A DNA stretch of 64,000 nucleotides from Verrucomicrobiia bacterium. Its GTDB lineage: Bacteria; Verrucomicrobiota; Verrucomicrobiia; Limisphaerales; UBA11358. How positions within the stretch are numbered: the first letter of the stretch is position 1; every line of letters starts with the position of its first letter. Shown one piece after another: positions 56,410 to 64,000 of this stretch. The position numbers and the translations under genes are program-made. The notes beneath the pieces are model-generated. The model worked only from the letters and a program-made list of their open reading frames with translations, had not been told where the DNA came from and did not search any database. The DNA lies in the NCBI GenBank assembly GCA_035545995.1, contig DASZXH010000072.1:18407-82406 (forward strand). Reading direction: 5' to 3'.

Positions 56410-58110
56410 TTATTGCGGATTTACCGATGCGCCCTTCTCCGTCAGCATTTTTTCCAGTTCGGGATTGTGCGGATGTCCGTTGTCCAGCGCCTTTTGATAA
56501 TGCCAGCGCGCGAGTTCCACGAGCGGCGGTTGCGCGGTGATATAAATGACGGCGAGATTGTTATGTGCTTCGCCATAATTCGGGTCAATCTGCAATGCTT
56601 TGCGCAACGCCGTTTCGGCCTGCGCGCGCAATCCTTTGTCGGCGTAAGTCACGCCGAGATAATTTTGAATCTGCGCGTTTTGCGGGGCGAGACTGGCCGC
56701 GCGGCTCAACGTGTTCAACGCGTCGTCGTAATCTTTCTTGAGATATTGCAGGCGGCCAAGAACGGTCAAATCATAAACGTCATCGGGACTCTGCGCGAGC
56801 GCCTGATTGATATATTTTTCCGCTTCATCCAATTTGCCCAGTTCGATGTCAATCGTCGCCAGATTGGCGAGCGCGGCTCCGTTGTTTTCATCGCGCCGCA
56901 AAATCTGCGTGTAAATGTCCTCGGCCTTGTCGAATTGGTGCGAGGAAAAATCCCTCTGCGCCTGCGCGACCAACGTCGCCGTGTCCACGGCCATTGCATC
57001 CGAATCATGTCCCTTGTCAGCAGTGATCAATTGCGGTTCCGATTGTTTGAACAAAGCCAATTCCTCAGGCGTGTAAGGCACAACGTGCGCCTCATCCGCC
57101 GCCAAACGCGCGCGCAGCGTTTCCAATTCATGCTGGATTTCCGCCGACGGAACGGAATTGGCCGTTCCCGATTGAAGTTGTTGCAAACGGTTTTCCAGCG
57201 CGAGCCGTTCCAGCCAGTTGATGTTCGCGTCGGATTGCAATTTGGTGATTTGCGTCTGCATCTGTGCCAATTGCGAACCCGCCGTGCCCGTCGAACGCAA
57301 TTCCGCCAGTTGTTTTTTAAGCAATTGATTCTCCTCGCGTAACGTCGCGGCGTCTTTCGCGCTCAATTGCAAACTTTCGATTTGCGTCTGCAATTTTTGG
57401 TTTTCCACCGCGAGTTTGTCAGCACGCCTTGTTTGTTCCGCCAATTTTTGATTTGAGCTGTCCAATTGCCGGCGCCATTCCACCGTTGCCGCCGCGCCGA
57501 TGCCGATGGCCGCGTTGTTTTGCGCCTGCGTGAGGCCGGCTTTCAGCAAATCATTTTGTTTCATCAACGATTGGATTTGTTCCTGCGCCTTGGCCAATTC
57601 GCCCGCGTCAACCGCCGCCGGTTGCACGGACAAGGCTTCCTTGAGTTTGGCTTGCAGCGTCGTGTTGTCGGTCTGCAATTGCCGCACCTGATCGTGCAGC
57701 GCGTTTAATTGCGATTGCAAATCGGCGGCGGTTGCAGGAACGGCATTTGGAGTCGCCGCCGTTTGCGCCGGTTGATTGGTGGCGGGCGGCAATTGCGCGG
57801 AAACTTCGGAAATTTTTTGCGCGAGATAATTCAAGCGATAGGAAATGATGTTGGTGTGCCAGTCCGGATAAACTTTCTGGAATTTTTGCAGTTCCGATTG
57901 CGTTTCCACGTATCCGTTCAACGCCTGTCGCAACGCGCCGGAATTCTGCAGCGTGTCCGCCTGTTGCATGAGGCTGTAAATGATGACGTATTGGTCGTCG
58001 GGATTTTGTTGCGCGCGCGCCTGCGGCAAAACGAAAGCAAACCCCAAAAGGACAAAAGCGGTGAAACATTTCATGCGGGAAAAATAGCCGATGGCAGCGG
58101 TCTTTGGCAA
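56410..58110 (-). CDS. Secreted coiled-coil / tetratricopeptide-repeat protein
   Basis: 566 aa. Signal peptide, a Q/A/L-rich coiled-coil middle, and C-terminal TPR units (ALANLATIDIELGKLDEAEKYINQAL, etc.). Confidence 0.75.
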   Translation of the reverse strand: MPKTAAIGYFSRMKCFTAFVLLGFAFVLPQARAQQNPDDQYVIIYSLMQQADTLQNSGALRQALNGYVETQSELQKFQKVYPDWHTNIISYRLNYLAQKISEVSAQLPPATNQPAQTAATPNAVPATAADLQSQLNALHDQVRQLQTDNTTLQAKLKEALSVQPAAVDAGELAKAQEQIQSLMKQNDLLKAGLTQAQNNAAIGIGAAATVEWRRQLDSSNQKLAEQTRRADKLAVENQKLQTQIESLQLSAKDAATLREENQLLKKQLAELRSTGTAGSQLAQMQTQITKLQSDANINWLERLALENRLQQLQSGTANSVPSAEIQHELETLRARLAADEAHVVPYTPEELALFKQSEPQLITADKGHDSDAMAVDTATLVAQAQRDFSSHQFDKAEDIYTQILRRDENNGAALANLATIDIELGKLDEAEKYINQALAQSPDDVYDLTVLGRLQYLKKDYDDALNTLSRAASLAPQNAQIQNYLGVTYADKGLRAQAETALRKALQIDPNYGEAHNNLAVIYITAQPPLVELARWHYQKALDNGHPHNPELEKMLTEKGASVNPQ

Positions 58111-58168
58111 CGCTGACCGCGCAGTTGACCGGTGTCGTCGCTTCTGTTAGCTTTCAAGTCCGTCTGGC

Positions 58169-58789
58169 ATGAACACGACCTTGAACCAACACGTGCTGGT
58201 ATTGAACCGGTTGTGGCAGGCGGTCAACGTCTGCACCGCCCGGCGCGCGCTCACGTTGCTTTTTCAGGGTCAGGCGCAGGTCGTTGTCGGCGCCGAAGAC
58301 GGCTCGTTTCGCACTTTCAATTTCCACGAGTGGCGCGACATTTCCACCGATGCGCCGCACGAAGAATCCGTTCACGCCATTTCCTTCCGCGTCCGCGTGC
58401 CGCGAATCATCCTGTTGATGATGTATGACCGGCTGCCGAAAAAGGAAGTGAAATTCACGCGGCACAACATTTTTGAGCGCGACAAAAACACCTGCCAGTA
58501 TTGCGGGAATGTCTTTGAACGCAGCGAATTGAATTTGGACCACGTCATTCCGCGCGACCGTGGCGGCCCGACGACGTGGGAAAATATCGTTTGCTCCTGC
58601 ATCAGTTGCAATACGAACAAGGCCAATCGCACGCCGCAGGAAGCCGGAATGCGTCTCGTCCGCAAACCCAAACGTCCGAAGTGGCGGCCGTTTGTGCAAA
58701 TCAATTTTACCTTGCACCGGCACGAAAGCTGGAAGCATTTCGTGGACTTGGCTTATTGGAACGTCGAATTGGGCGAGGAAGTCGAGTGA
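58169..58789 (+). CDS. HNH endonuclease-domain protein
   Basis: 206 aa. CQYCG...LNLDHVIPRDRGGPTTWENIVCSCISCNTNK is a classic HNH/zinc motif. Confidence 0.8.
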   Translation: MNTTLNQHVLVLNRLWQAVNVCTARRALTLLFQGQAQVVVGAEDGSFRTFNFHEWRDISTDAPHEESVHAISFRVRVPRIILLMMYDRLPKKEVKFTRHNIFERDKNTCQYCGNVFERSELNLDHVIPRDRGGPTTWENIVCSCISCNTNKANRTPQEAGMRLVRKPKRPKWRPFVQINFTLHRHESWKHFVDLAYWNVELGEEVE

Positions 58790-58793
58790 GAAT

Positions 58794-59162
58794 TTAATTT
58801 CTTTCCGCCGTCTTCGCCGCTTCAATCATTTTCCAGAATTCAGGATTGTCCTGAAGCGCCTCGTCCTCGGCGGTTTTCAAACCGGAGCGGAACAGGAAAT
58901 CCTTCAGCGTATGGCGGCTCAAAATGCGATGCACCAGTACGCCCAATTCGTGTCGCTCAAAATAAACGCGATAATCGCCCACGCGAAAACGGTAAAGCAG
59001 CCGGTCGCCACTCTCCAATTTGCCGAAGCTGGCCAGTTCCGTGTCGCGCACCTGATGCGGCAATCCGCGAAAATCACCCAAAATCTGCAATTGCAATTCC
59101 TTCGGCATCCGCGCCAGTTCACCGGCGCTGATGGGCGTAAAAATAATTTGAAACGGTGTCAT
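58794..59162 (-). CDS. RelE/ParE-superfamily toxin-like protein with a C-terminal extension
   Basis: 122 aa. LLYRFRVGDYRVYFERHELGVLVHRI matches the RelE/ParE beta-sheet core. About 35 extra C-terminal residues. No adjacent antitoxin ORF. Confidence 0.55.
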   Translation of the reverse strand: MTPFQIIFTPISAGELARMPKELQLQILGDFRGLPHQVRDTELASFGKLESGDRLLYRFRVGDYRVYFERHELGVLVHRILSRHTLKDFLFRSGLKTAEDEALQDNPEFWKMIEAAKTAERN

Positions 59163-59312
59163 TTAATTTCAAGGCGAATCTTCCCGCAACCGCCGGTTGA
59201 AATCAAGCCCGGCAAAAATCACGCTTTCAATTTAACATATCAATATATCAAGATGCGTTGATTTTTAATTTGCACACCAGAGAATTCTCCATTACTCTGA
59301 AATCACGAATTC

Positions 59313-62300
59313 ATGCCGGACAAAATTGAACATCTTCAAAATCGGTTGCGCGAACGCATCGTCATCCTCGACGGCGCGATGGGCACGATGATCCAACGGC
59401 ACAAGCTGGCGGAAAAAGATTTTCGCGGTGAACGCTTTGCCAATTGGCAGGGCAAGGATTTGAAAGGTCTCAATGATTTGCTCAATATCACGCAACCGCA
59501 AATCATCGAAGACATTCATCGTCAATATCTCGAAGCCGGCGCGGACATCATTGAGACAAACACGTTCAATTCACAGAGCATTTCGCTTGCGGATTACGGA
59601 ATGGAATCGCTTGCTTACGAATTGTCCAAAGCCGGCGCAGAATGTGCGCGCCGCGCGGTTGAAAATTTCCAAAAGCAAACTGGGAAAATTTGCTTCGTCG
59701 CCGGCGCAATCGGACCAACGACAAAAACCTCTTCGATTTCAACCGACGTGAACAATCCCGGTGCGCGCGGCTGCACGTTTGATGAATTGGTTGCCGCGTA
59801 TTCCGAGCAAATCAACGGCTTGCTCGACGGCGGCGCGGATTTGCTTTTGGTCGAAACGATTTTTGACACGCTGAACGCGAAGGCGGCGTTTTTTGCGATT
59901 CAAAAAGTTTTTGAGGAACGCGGAATTGAACCACTCCCCTGCTCTGCTGCTACCAACAAATCCGCAATCCGCAATCCGCAATCCGCAATTCCGATTCTCG
60001 CCAGCGTCACTTTCATTCAGGCTGGCAGCAATCGCGGCGTGACCGGCCAAACTGTCGAGGCATTTTGGAATTCCATTTCCAATGTGCCGCTGCTTTCGGT
60101 TGGCATGAATTGCGCGCTCGGACCAAAAGAATTGCGTCCGCTCATCGAGGAACTTTCCGGTATCGCGCCGATTTATGTCAGCGCGTATCCGAATGCCGGA
60201 TTGCCGAATCCGCTGTTGCCAACCGGATTTCCTGAAACGCCAGAAACGCTTGCGCCGCAATTGCGCGAATGGGCGCAAAACGGCTGGCTGAACATTGTCG
60301 GCGGTTGTTGCGGCACAACGCCGCCACACATCAAAGCAATTGCCGAAGCGGTTTGTGGAATTCCGCCGCGAAAAGTTCCAACGGTTGAACCCTATTTGCG
60401 CTTGAGCGGGTTGGACGCATTAACCGTCCGGCCTGATTCTAATTTCCTGAACATCGGCGAACGCACGAACGTCGCCGGTTCACCGAAATTCGCGCAACTC
60501 ATCAAAGAAAACAAATTTGAAGACGCACTCGCCATTGCGCGGCAGCAGGTCGAAAACGGCGCACAGGTGATTGACGTTTGCATGGACGAAGGGATGATTG
60601 ACGGCGTCGCGGTGATGACAAAATTTCTGAATCTTGTCGCCAGCGAGCCGGACATCTGCAAAGTGCCGGTGATGGTGGATTCCTCGAAATGGGAAGTCAT
60701 CGAAGCCGGACTGAAATGTCTGCAAGGCAAAGGCATCGTCAATTCCATTTCGCTCAAGGAAGGCGAGGAAAAATTTCTGAAGCAGGCGAAACTCGTTCAT
60801 CGCTACGGCGCGGCGGTTGTCGTCATGGCGTTTGATGAAAATGGTCAGGCGGATAATTTTGAGCGGCGGATTCAAGTTTGCAAACGCGCTTACGATTTGC
60901 TCGTGGAAAAAGTCGGTTTTCCGCCGCAGGACATTATTTTTGACCCGAACGTTTTGACCGTCGGCACGGGAATGGAAGAGCACGCGAATTACGCCGTGGA
61001 TTTCATCCGCGCGACAAAATGGATCAAAGAAAATTTACCATTGGCGAAAGTCAGCGGCGGCATCAGCAACGTTTCGTTTTCATTTCGCGGCAACAACGCC
61101 GTGCGTGAAGCAATGCACAGCGCGTTTTTATTCCACGCGATTCGCTCCGGACTCGACATGGGAATTGTCAACGCCGGACAACTCGCGGTTTATGACGAAG
61201 TGCCGAAAGGTTTGCTCGAATTGGTCGAAGACGTTTTGCTGAATCGCCGTCCTGACGCGACAGAGCGACTGATTAAATTTGCCGATTCCGTCAAACAAAA
61301 AGGCAAGGCGGAAATTGTTGAAGACGAATGGCGCAAAGGCACGGTCGAGGAGCGCCTTTCGCACGCGCTCGTGAAAGGCATCGTGGATTTCATCGAAGCG
61401 GACACGGAGGAAGCGCGCCGGAAATTTCCCAAACCGCTGCAAGTCATCGAAGGGCCGCTCATGGACGGCATGAACGTCGTCGGCGATTTGTTCGGTACGG
61501 GCAAAATGTTTTTGCCGCAAGTCGTCAAATCCGCGCGTGTGATGAAAAAAGCCGTAGCGTATCTGATGCCGTTCATGGAAGCGGAAAAAAAATTAAGCGG
61601 CGCGACAAATAAAAATGCCGGAAAAATTTTGCTGGCGACGGTCAAAGGCGACGTTCATGACATCGGTAAAAACATCGTTGGCGTCGTGCTCGCGTGCAAT
61701 AATTACGAAGTCATTGATTTGGGCGTGATGGTTCCGTGCGAAAAAATTCTGGCGACGGCGCGAGAAACGAAAGCCGACATCATCGGCTTGAGCGGATTGA
61801 TTACGCCGTCGCTCGATGAAATGGCGCACGTCGCCAGTGAAATGGAGCGCGAAGGATTGAAATTGCCGCTGCTCATCGGCGGCGCGACGACGAGCAAAAC
61901 GCACACGGCGGTGAAAATCGCGCCGAATTACCACGAGCCGGTCGTTCATGTGCTCGACGCTTCGCGCGCCGTGCCAGTCGTGAGCAATTTAATCAGCGTA
62001 GAAAATAAACCGGCGTTCACAAATCAAATTCGCGAAGAATACGAACGCTTGCGCGCGCAACACGCGGGACCGAAGGCAAAATTGGTTTCCATCGAAGAAG
62101 CGCGTGCGAATGCGCCAAAATTAAATTTCGATGATTTGCCGAAACCAGATTTTGTCGGCAAAAAAACAATTGAACCGTCGCTGAATGAATTGGCGAAGTT
62201 TATTGACTGGACGCCGTTTTTTCATACGTGGGAATTGCGCGGCGTTTATCCAAAAATTTTTCAGCATGAAAAACACGGCGAAGAAGCGAAAAAGCTTTTT

Positions 62301-63065
62301 GCCGACGCGCAAAAATTGTTGGAGAAAATCGTTTCGGAAAAATTACTTCAGCCGCGCGGCATTTATGGATTTTTTCCGGCAAATCGAATCGGCGACGACG
62401 TAGAGCTTTACACGGACGATTCGCGCGAGAAAATTTTGACGACGTTTTATTTCTTGCGTCAGCAAATTGTGAAAGACGATGGCACACCGAATTGGTGTTT
62501 GGCGGATTTTGTGGCGCAGAAGTCAGAAGCCAGAAGTCAGAAGTCAAAAGATTATTTAGGCGCGTTTGCCGTCACGAGCGGACACGGTTTGCGCGAACTC
62601 ATCGAAAAATTCAAAGCCGACCATGACGATTACAACGCGATTATGGCCGAGGCGTTGGCGGATAGACTGGCGGAAGCGTTCGCGGAATTTTTGCACAAGC
62701 GCGTTCGTAATGAATGGGGGTTTGGAAAACGGGAAAATTTGTCGAACGCGGATTTGATTGACGAAAAATATCGCGGCATTCGTCCGGCGGCGGGTTATCC
62801 GGCTTGTCCCGACCACACGGAAAAGAAAACGCTTTGGCAATTGCTGGACGTGGAGAAGAACGCAGGCATTCAAATTACGGAAAGTTTTGCGATGTGGCCG
62901 GGTAGTTCGGTGAGCGGACTTTATTTCGCGCACCCGGAGTCGAAATACTTTGCCGTCGGCAAACTCGGAAAAGATCAAATTGAAGATTATGCCAAACGCA
63001 AAGATTTAACCGTTGCTGAAACGGAAAAGTGGCTCGGTCCGTGGCTGAATTACAATCCGGCTTAA
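59313..63065 (+). CDS. metH: Cobalamin-dependent methionine synthase
   Basis: 1250 aa with all modules present: Hcy-binding, pterin-binding, B12-binding ([11 protein letters not shown]) and AdoMet-activation ([12 protein letters not shown]). Confidence 0.97.
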   Translation: MPDKIEHLQNRLRERIVILDGAMGTMIQRHKLAEKDFRGERFANWQGKDLKGLNDLLNITQPQIIEDIHRQYLEAGADIIETNTFNSQSISLADYGMESLAYELSKAGAECARRAVENFQKQTGKICFVAGAIGPTTKTSSISTDVNNPGARGCTFDELVAAYSEQINGLLDGGADLLLVETIFDTLNAKAAFFAIQKVFEERGIEPLPCSAATNKSAIRNPQSAIPILASVTFIQAGSNRGVTGQTVEAFWNSISNVPLLSVGMNCALGPKELRPLIEELSGIAPIYVSAYPNAGLPNPLLPTGFPETPETLAPQLREWAQNGWLNIVGGCCGTTPPHIKAIAEAVCGIPPRKVPTVEPYLRLSGLDALTVRPDSNFLNIGERTNVAGSPKFAQLIKENKFEDALAIARQQVENGAQVIDVCMDEGMIDGVAVMTKFLNLVASEPDICKVPVMVDSSKWEVIEAGLKCLQGKGIVNSISLKEGEEKFLKQAKLVHRYGAAVVVMAFDENGQADNFERRIQVCKRAYDLLVEKVGFPPQDIIFDPNVLTVGTGMEEHANYAVDFIRATKWIKENLPLAKVSGGISNVSFSFRGNNAVREAMHSAFLFHAIRSGLDMGIVNAGQLAVYDEVPKGLLELVEDVLLNRRPDATERLIKFADSVKQKGKAEIVEDEWRKGTVEERLSHALVKGIVDFIEADTEEARRKFPKPLQVIEGPLMDGMNVVGDLFGTGKMFLPQVVKSARVMKKAVAYLMPFMEAEKKLSGATNKNAGKILLATVKGDVHDIGKNIVGVVLACNNYEVIDLGVMVPCEKILATARETKADIIGLSGLITPSLDEMAHVASEMEREGLKLPLLIGGATTSKTHTAVKIAPNYHEPVVHVLDASRAVPVVSNLISVENKPAFTNQIREEYERLRAQHAGPKAKLVSIEEARANAPKLNFDDLPKPDFVGKKTIEPSLNELAKFIDWTPFFHTWELRGVYPKIFQHEKHGEEAKKLFADAQKLLEKIVSEKLLQPRGIYGFFPANRIGDDVELYTDDSREKILTTFYFLRQQIVKDDGTPNWCLADFVAQKSEARSQKSKDYLGAFAVTSGHGLRELIEKFKADHDDYNAIMAEALADRLAEAFAEFLHKRVRNEWGFGKRENLSNADLIDEKYRGIRPAAGYPACPDHTEKKTLWQLLDVEKNAGIQITESFAMWPGSSVSGLYFAHPESKYFAVGKLGKDQIEDYAKRKDLTVAETEKWLGPWLNYNPA
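59958..59985. repeat. 4 x 7-nt perfect tandem repeat inside metH
   Basis: aatccgc x4, followed by a degenerate aattccg. Translated in frame as [11 protein letters not shown]. Confidence 0.9.
62517..62544. repeat. 4 x 7-nt tandem repeat inside metH
   Basis: cagaagt cagaagc cagaagt cagaagt, then a degenerate caaaaga. Translated in frame as [11 protein letters not shown]. Confidence 0.9.
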
Positions 63066-63119
63066 ACGGCTGGCGTGAACGGGACTTGTTTTTTGCGCGG
63101 CAAGGCTTAAATTTGCGGC

Positions 63120-63578
63120 ATGAAGCACGACGTCGTGCCAGTGCAAATACGCGGAATCCTGCCAGCCAACAGCGGCTGTGCGCTTTTTGTTGGCAATGAT
63201 GAAAAGGTGTTCGTCATCAATGTCGAGCCGCAGATGGGCGCGGTCATTGGCATGTTTTTGCGCCAGACGCCGAAAGAACGTCCGCTGACACACGACCTCA
63301 TCAATCGCGTTTTTCAAGGCTTTGGCATCAGCGTCGAGCGCGTGGTCATCACGGATTTGAAGAATTCCACTTATTTCGCGCGGTTGATTTTGCAGCAACA
63401 AAACGAATTGCAAACGGCGCGCAAAATCGTTGAGTTGGATGCGCGACCAAGTGATTGTTTAGCGATAGCCGCCGCGCAAAAAAAGCCAATTTTCGTTTCC
63501 GCGCCGTTGTTTGAACAGGTCGAAGACATGAGCGACGTGCTCAACCGGATTAACGAGACCGGCAGTGAGGTCGAATAA
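63120..63578 (+). CDS. Bifunctional nuclease (BFN/DUF151) family protein
   Basis: 152 aa. VPVQIRGILPANSGCALFVGNDEKVFVINVEPQMGAVI...RPLTHDL is typical of BFN-domain proteins. Confidence 0.7.
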   Translation: MKHDVVPVQIRGILPANSGCALFVGNDEKVFVINVEPQMGAVIGMFLRQTPKERPLTHDLINRVFQGFGISVERVVITDLKNSTYFARLILQQQNELQTARKIVELDARPSDCLAIAAAQKKPIFVSAPLFEQVEDMSDVLNRINETGSEVE

Positions 63579-63579
63579 A

Positions 63580-64000
63580 ATGCCAACCGCAAAATCAGCC
63601 TCACCAGTCGCGCTTGTTTGTGGCGACGATGAATTCACCGTCAAGCAACGCGCCAAAAAGATTTATCAAGACTGGTCTGATGAATTGGGCGGCATGGATC
63701 ATGAAATCATTGACGCCAGCGTTGCCAACAGCGGCGACGCACTGGCTGCCATCGCAAAACTCCGTGAAGCCCTTCAAACTCTTCCGTTTTTTGGTTCGGG
63801 AAAAGTGGTGTGGTTGCGCGATTGTAATTTTCTGGGTGATGAACGTGCCGCGAGCACGCAGGCCGTCACGGAAACGTTGGGCGAACTCGCCGAAGAATTG
63901 AAAAATTTCAAATGGCAAAGCGTGCGGTTGCTCATCAGCGCGGGAAAAGTGGACAAGCGCAAAACTTTTTTCAAAACGCTCGACAAAATCGGCACGGTGG
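63580..64000 (+). CDS. holA: DNA polymerase III subunit delta, 3'-partial
   Basis: My own translation from the ATG at 63580 is open to the window end and is not in the ORF track. MPTAKSASPVALVCGDDEFTVKQRAKKIY...LPFFGSGKVVWLRDCNFL...KVDKRKTFFKTLDKIG fits the HolA N-terminal domain. Confidence 0.65.
   Translation, partial: MPTAKSASPVALVCGDDEFTVKQRAKKIYQDWSDELGGMDHEIIDASVANSGDALAAIAKLREALQTLPFFGSGKVVWLRDCNFLGDERAASTQAVTETLGELAEELKNFKWQSVRLLISAGKVDKRKTFFKTLDKIGTV

Noticed and set aside
59163-59312. Possible riboswitch (cobalamin/SAM) in the metH leader
   Set aside because: I could not recognise a B12-box or SAM-riboswitch core by eye. It would need a covariance-model scan (Rfam/Infernal) to decide.
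1-64000. Scan of the whole window by eye for CRISPR arrays, rRNA genes and complete IS elements
   Set aside because: No regularly spaced 25-40-bp direct repeats were found, and no rRNA-like conserved stretches. There is no intact transposase or integrase ORF; only the integrase stub at 5285-5623 was seen.

Overview
The window is a moderately GC-rich bacterial chromosome segment. Gene content suggests the PVC superphylum, probably Verrucomicrobiota-like; this is inferred, not searched. Evidence: a PVC-restricted conserved protein, an alternative complex III operon, and short oligomer repeats. Most of it is housekeeping: phoH-ybeY-DUF502-recO, proS, maf, aroK, queG, ppdK, metH and the 5' end of holA. 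It also carries two NarL/LuxR-type two-component systems, an SPFH pair, and an AraC-linked iron-uptake locus (imelysin-like protein, FTR1 permease fusion, OprB-like porin). The main feature is a ten-gene, translationally coupled operon on the minus strand (26043-36863). It encodes ActABCDEF, then a small membrane protein, a CcoN-like subunit, a CcoO-like cytochrome c and another cytochrome c. The CcoN-like protein keeps the cbb3 subunit I scaffold motifs but has none of the six canonical heme/CuB histidine ligands. Other points: a 2.5 kb low-GC islet bounded by an 11-bp direct repeat, a decayed sugar-acid operon next to an integrase remnant, and period-7/8 tandem oligomer arrays inside conserved genes (metH twice, queG, the ybeY start). 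I recognised no rRNA, tRNA or CRISPR array. Many long ORFs antisense to real genes are treated as artefacts.
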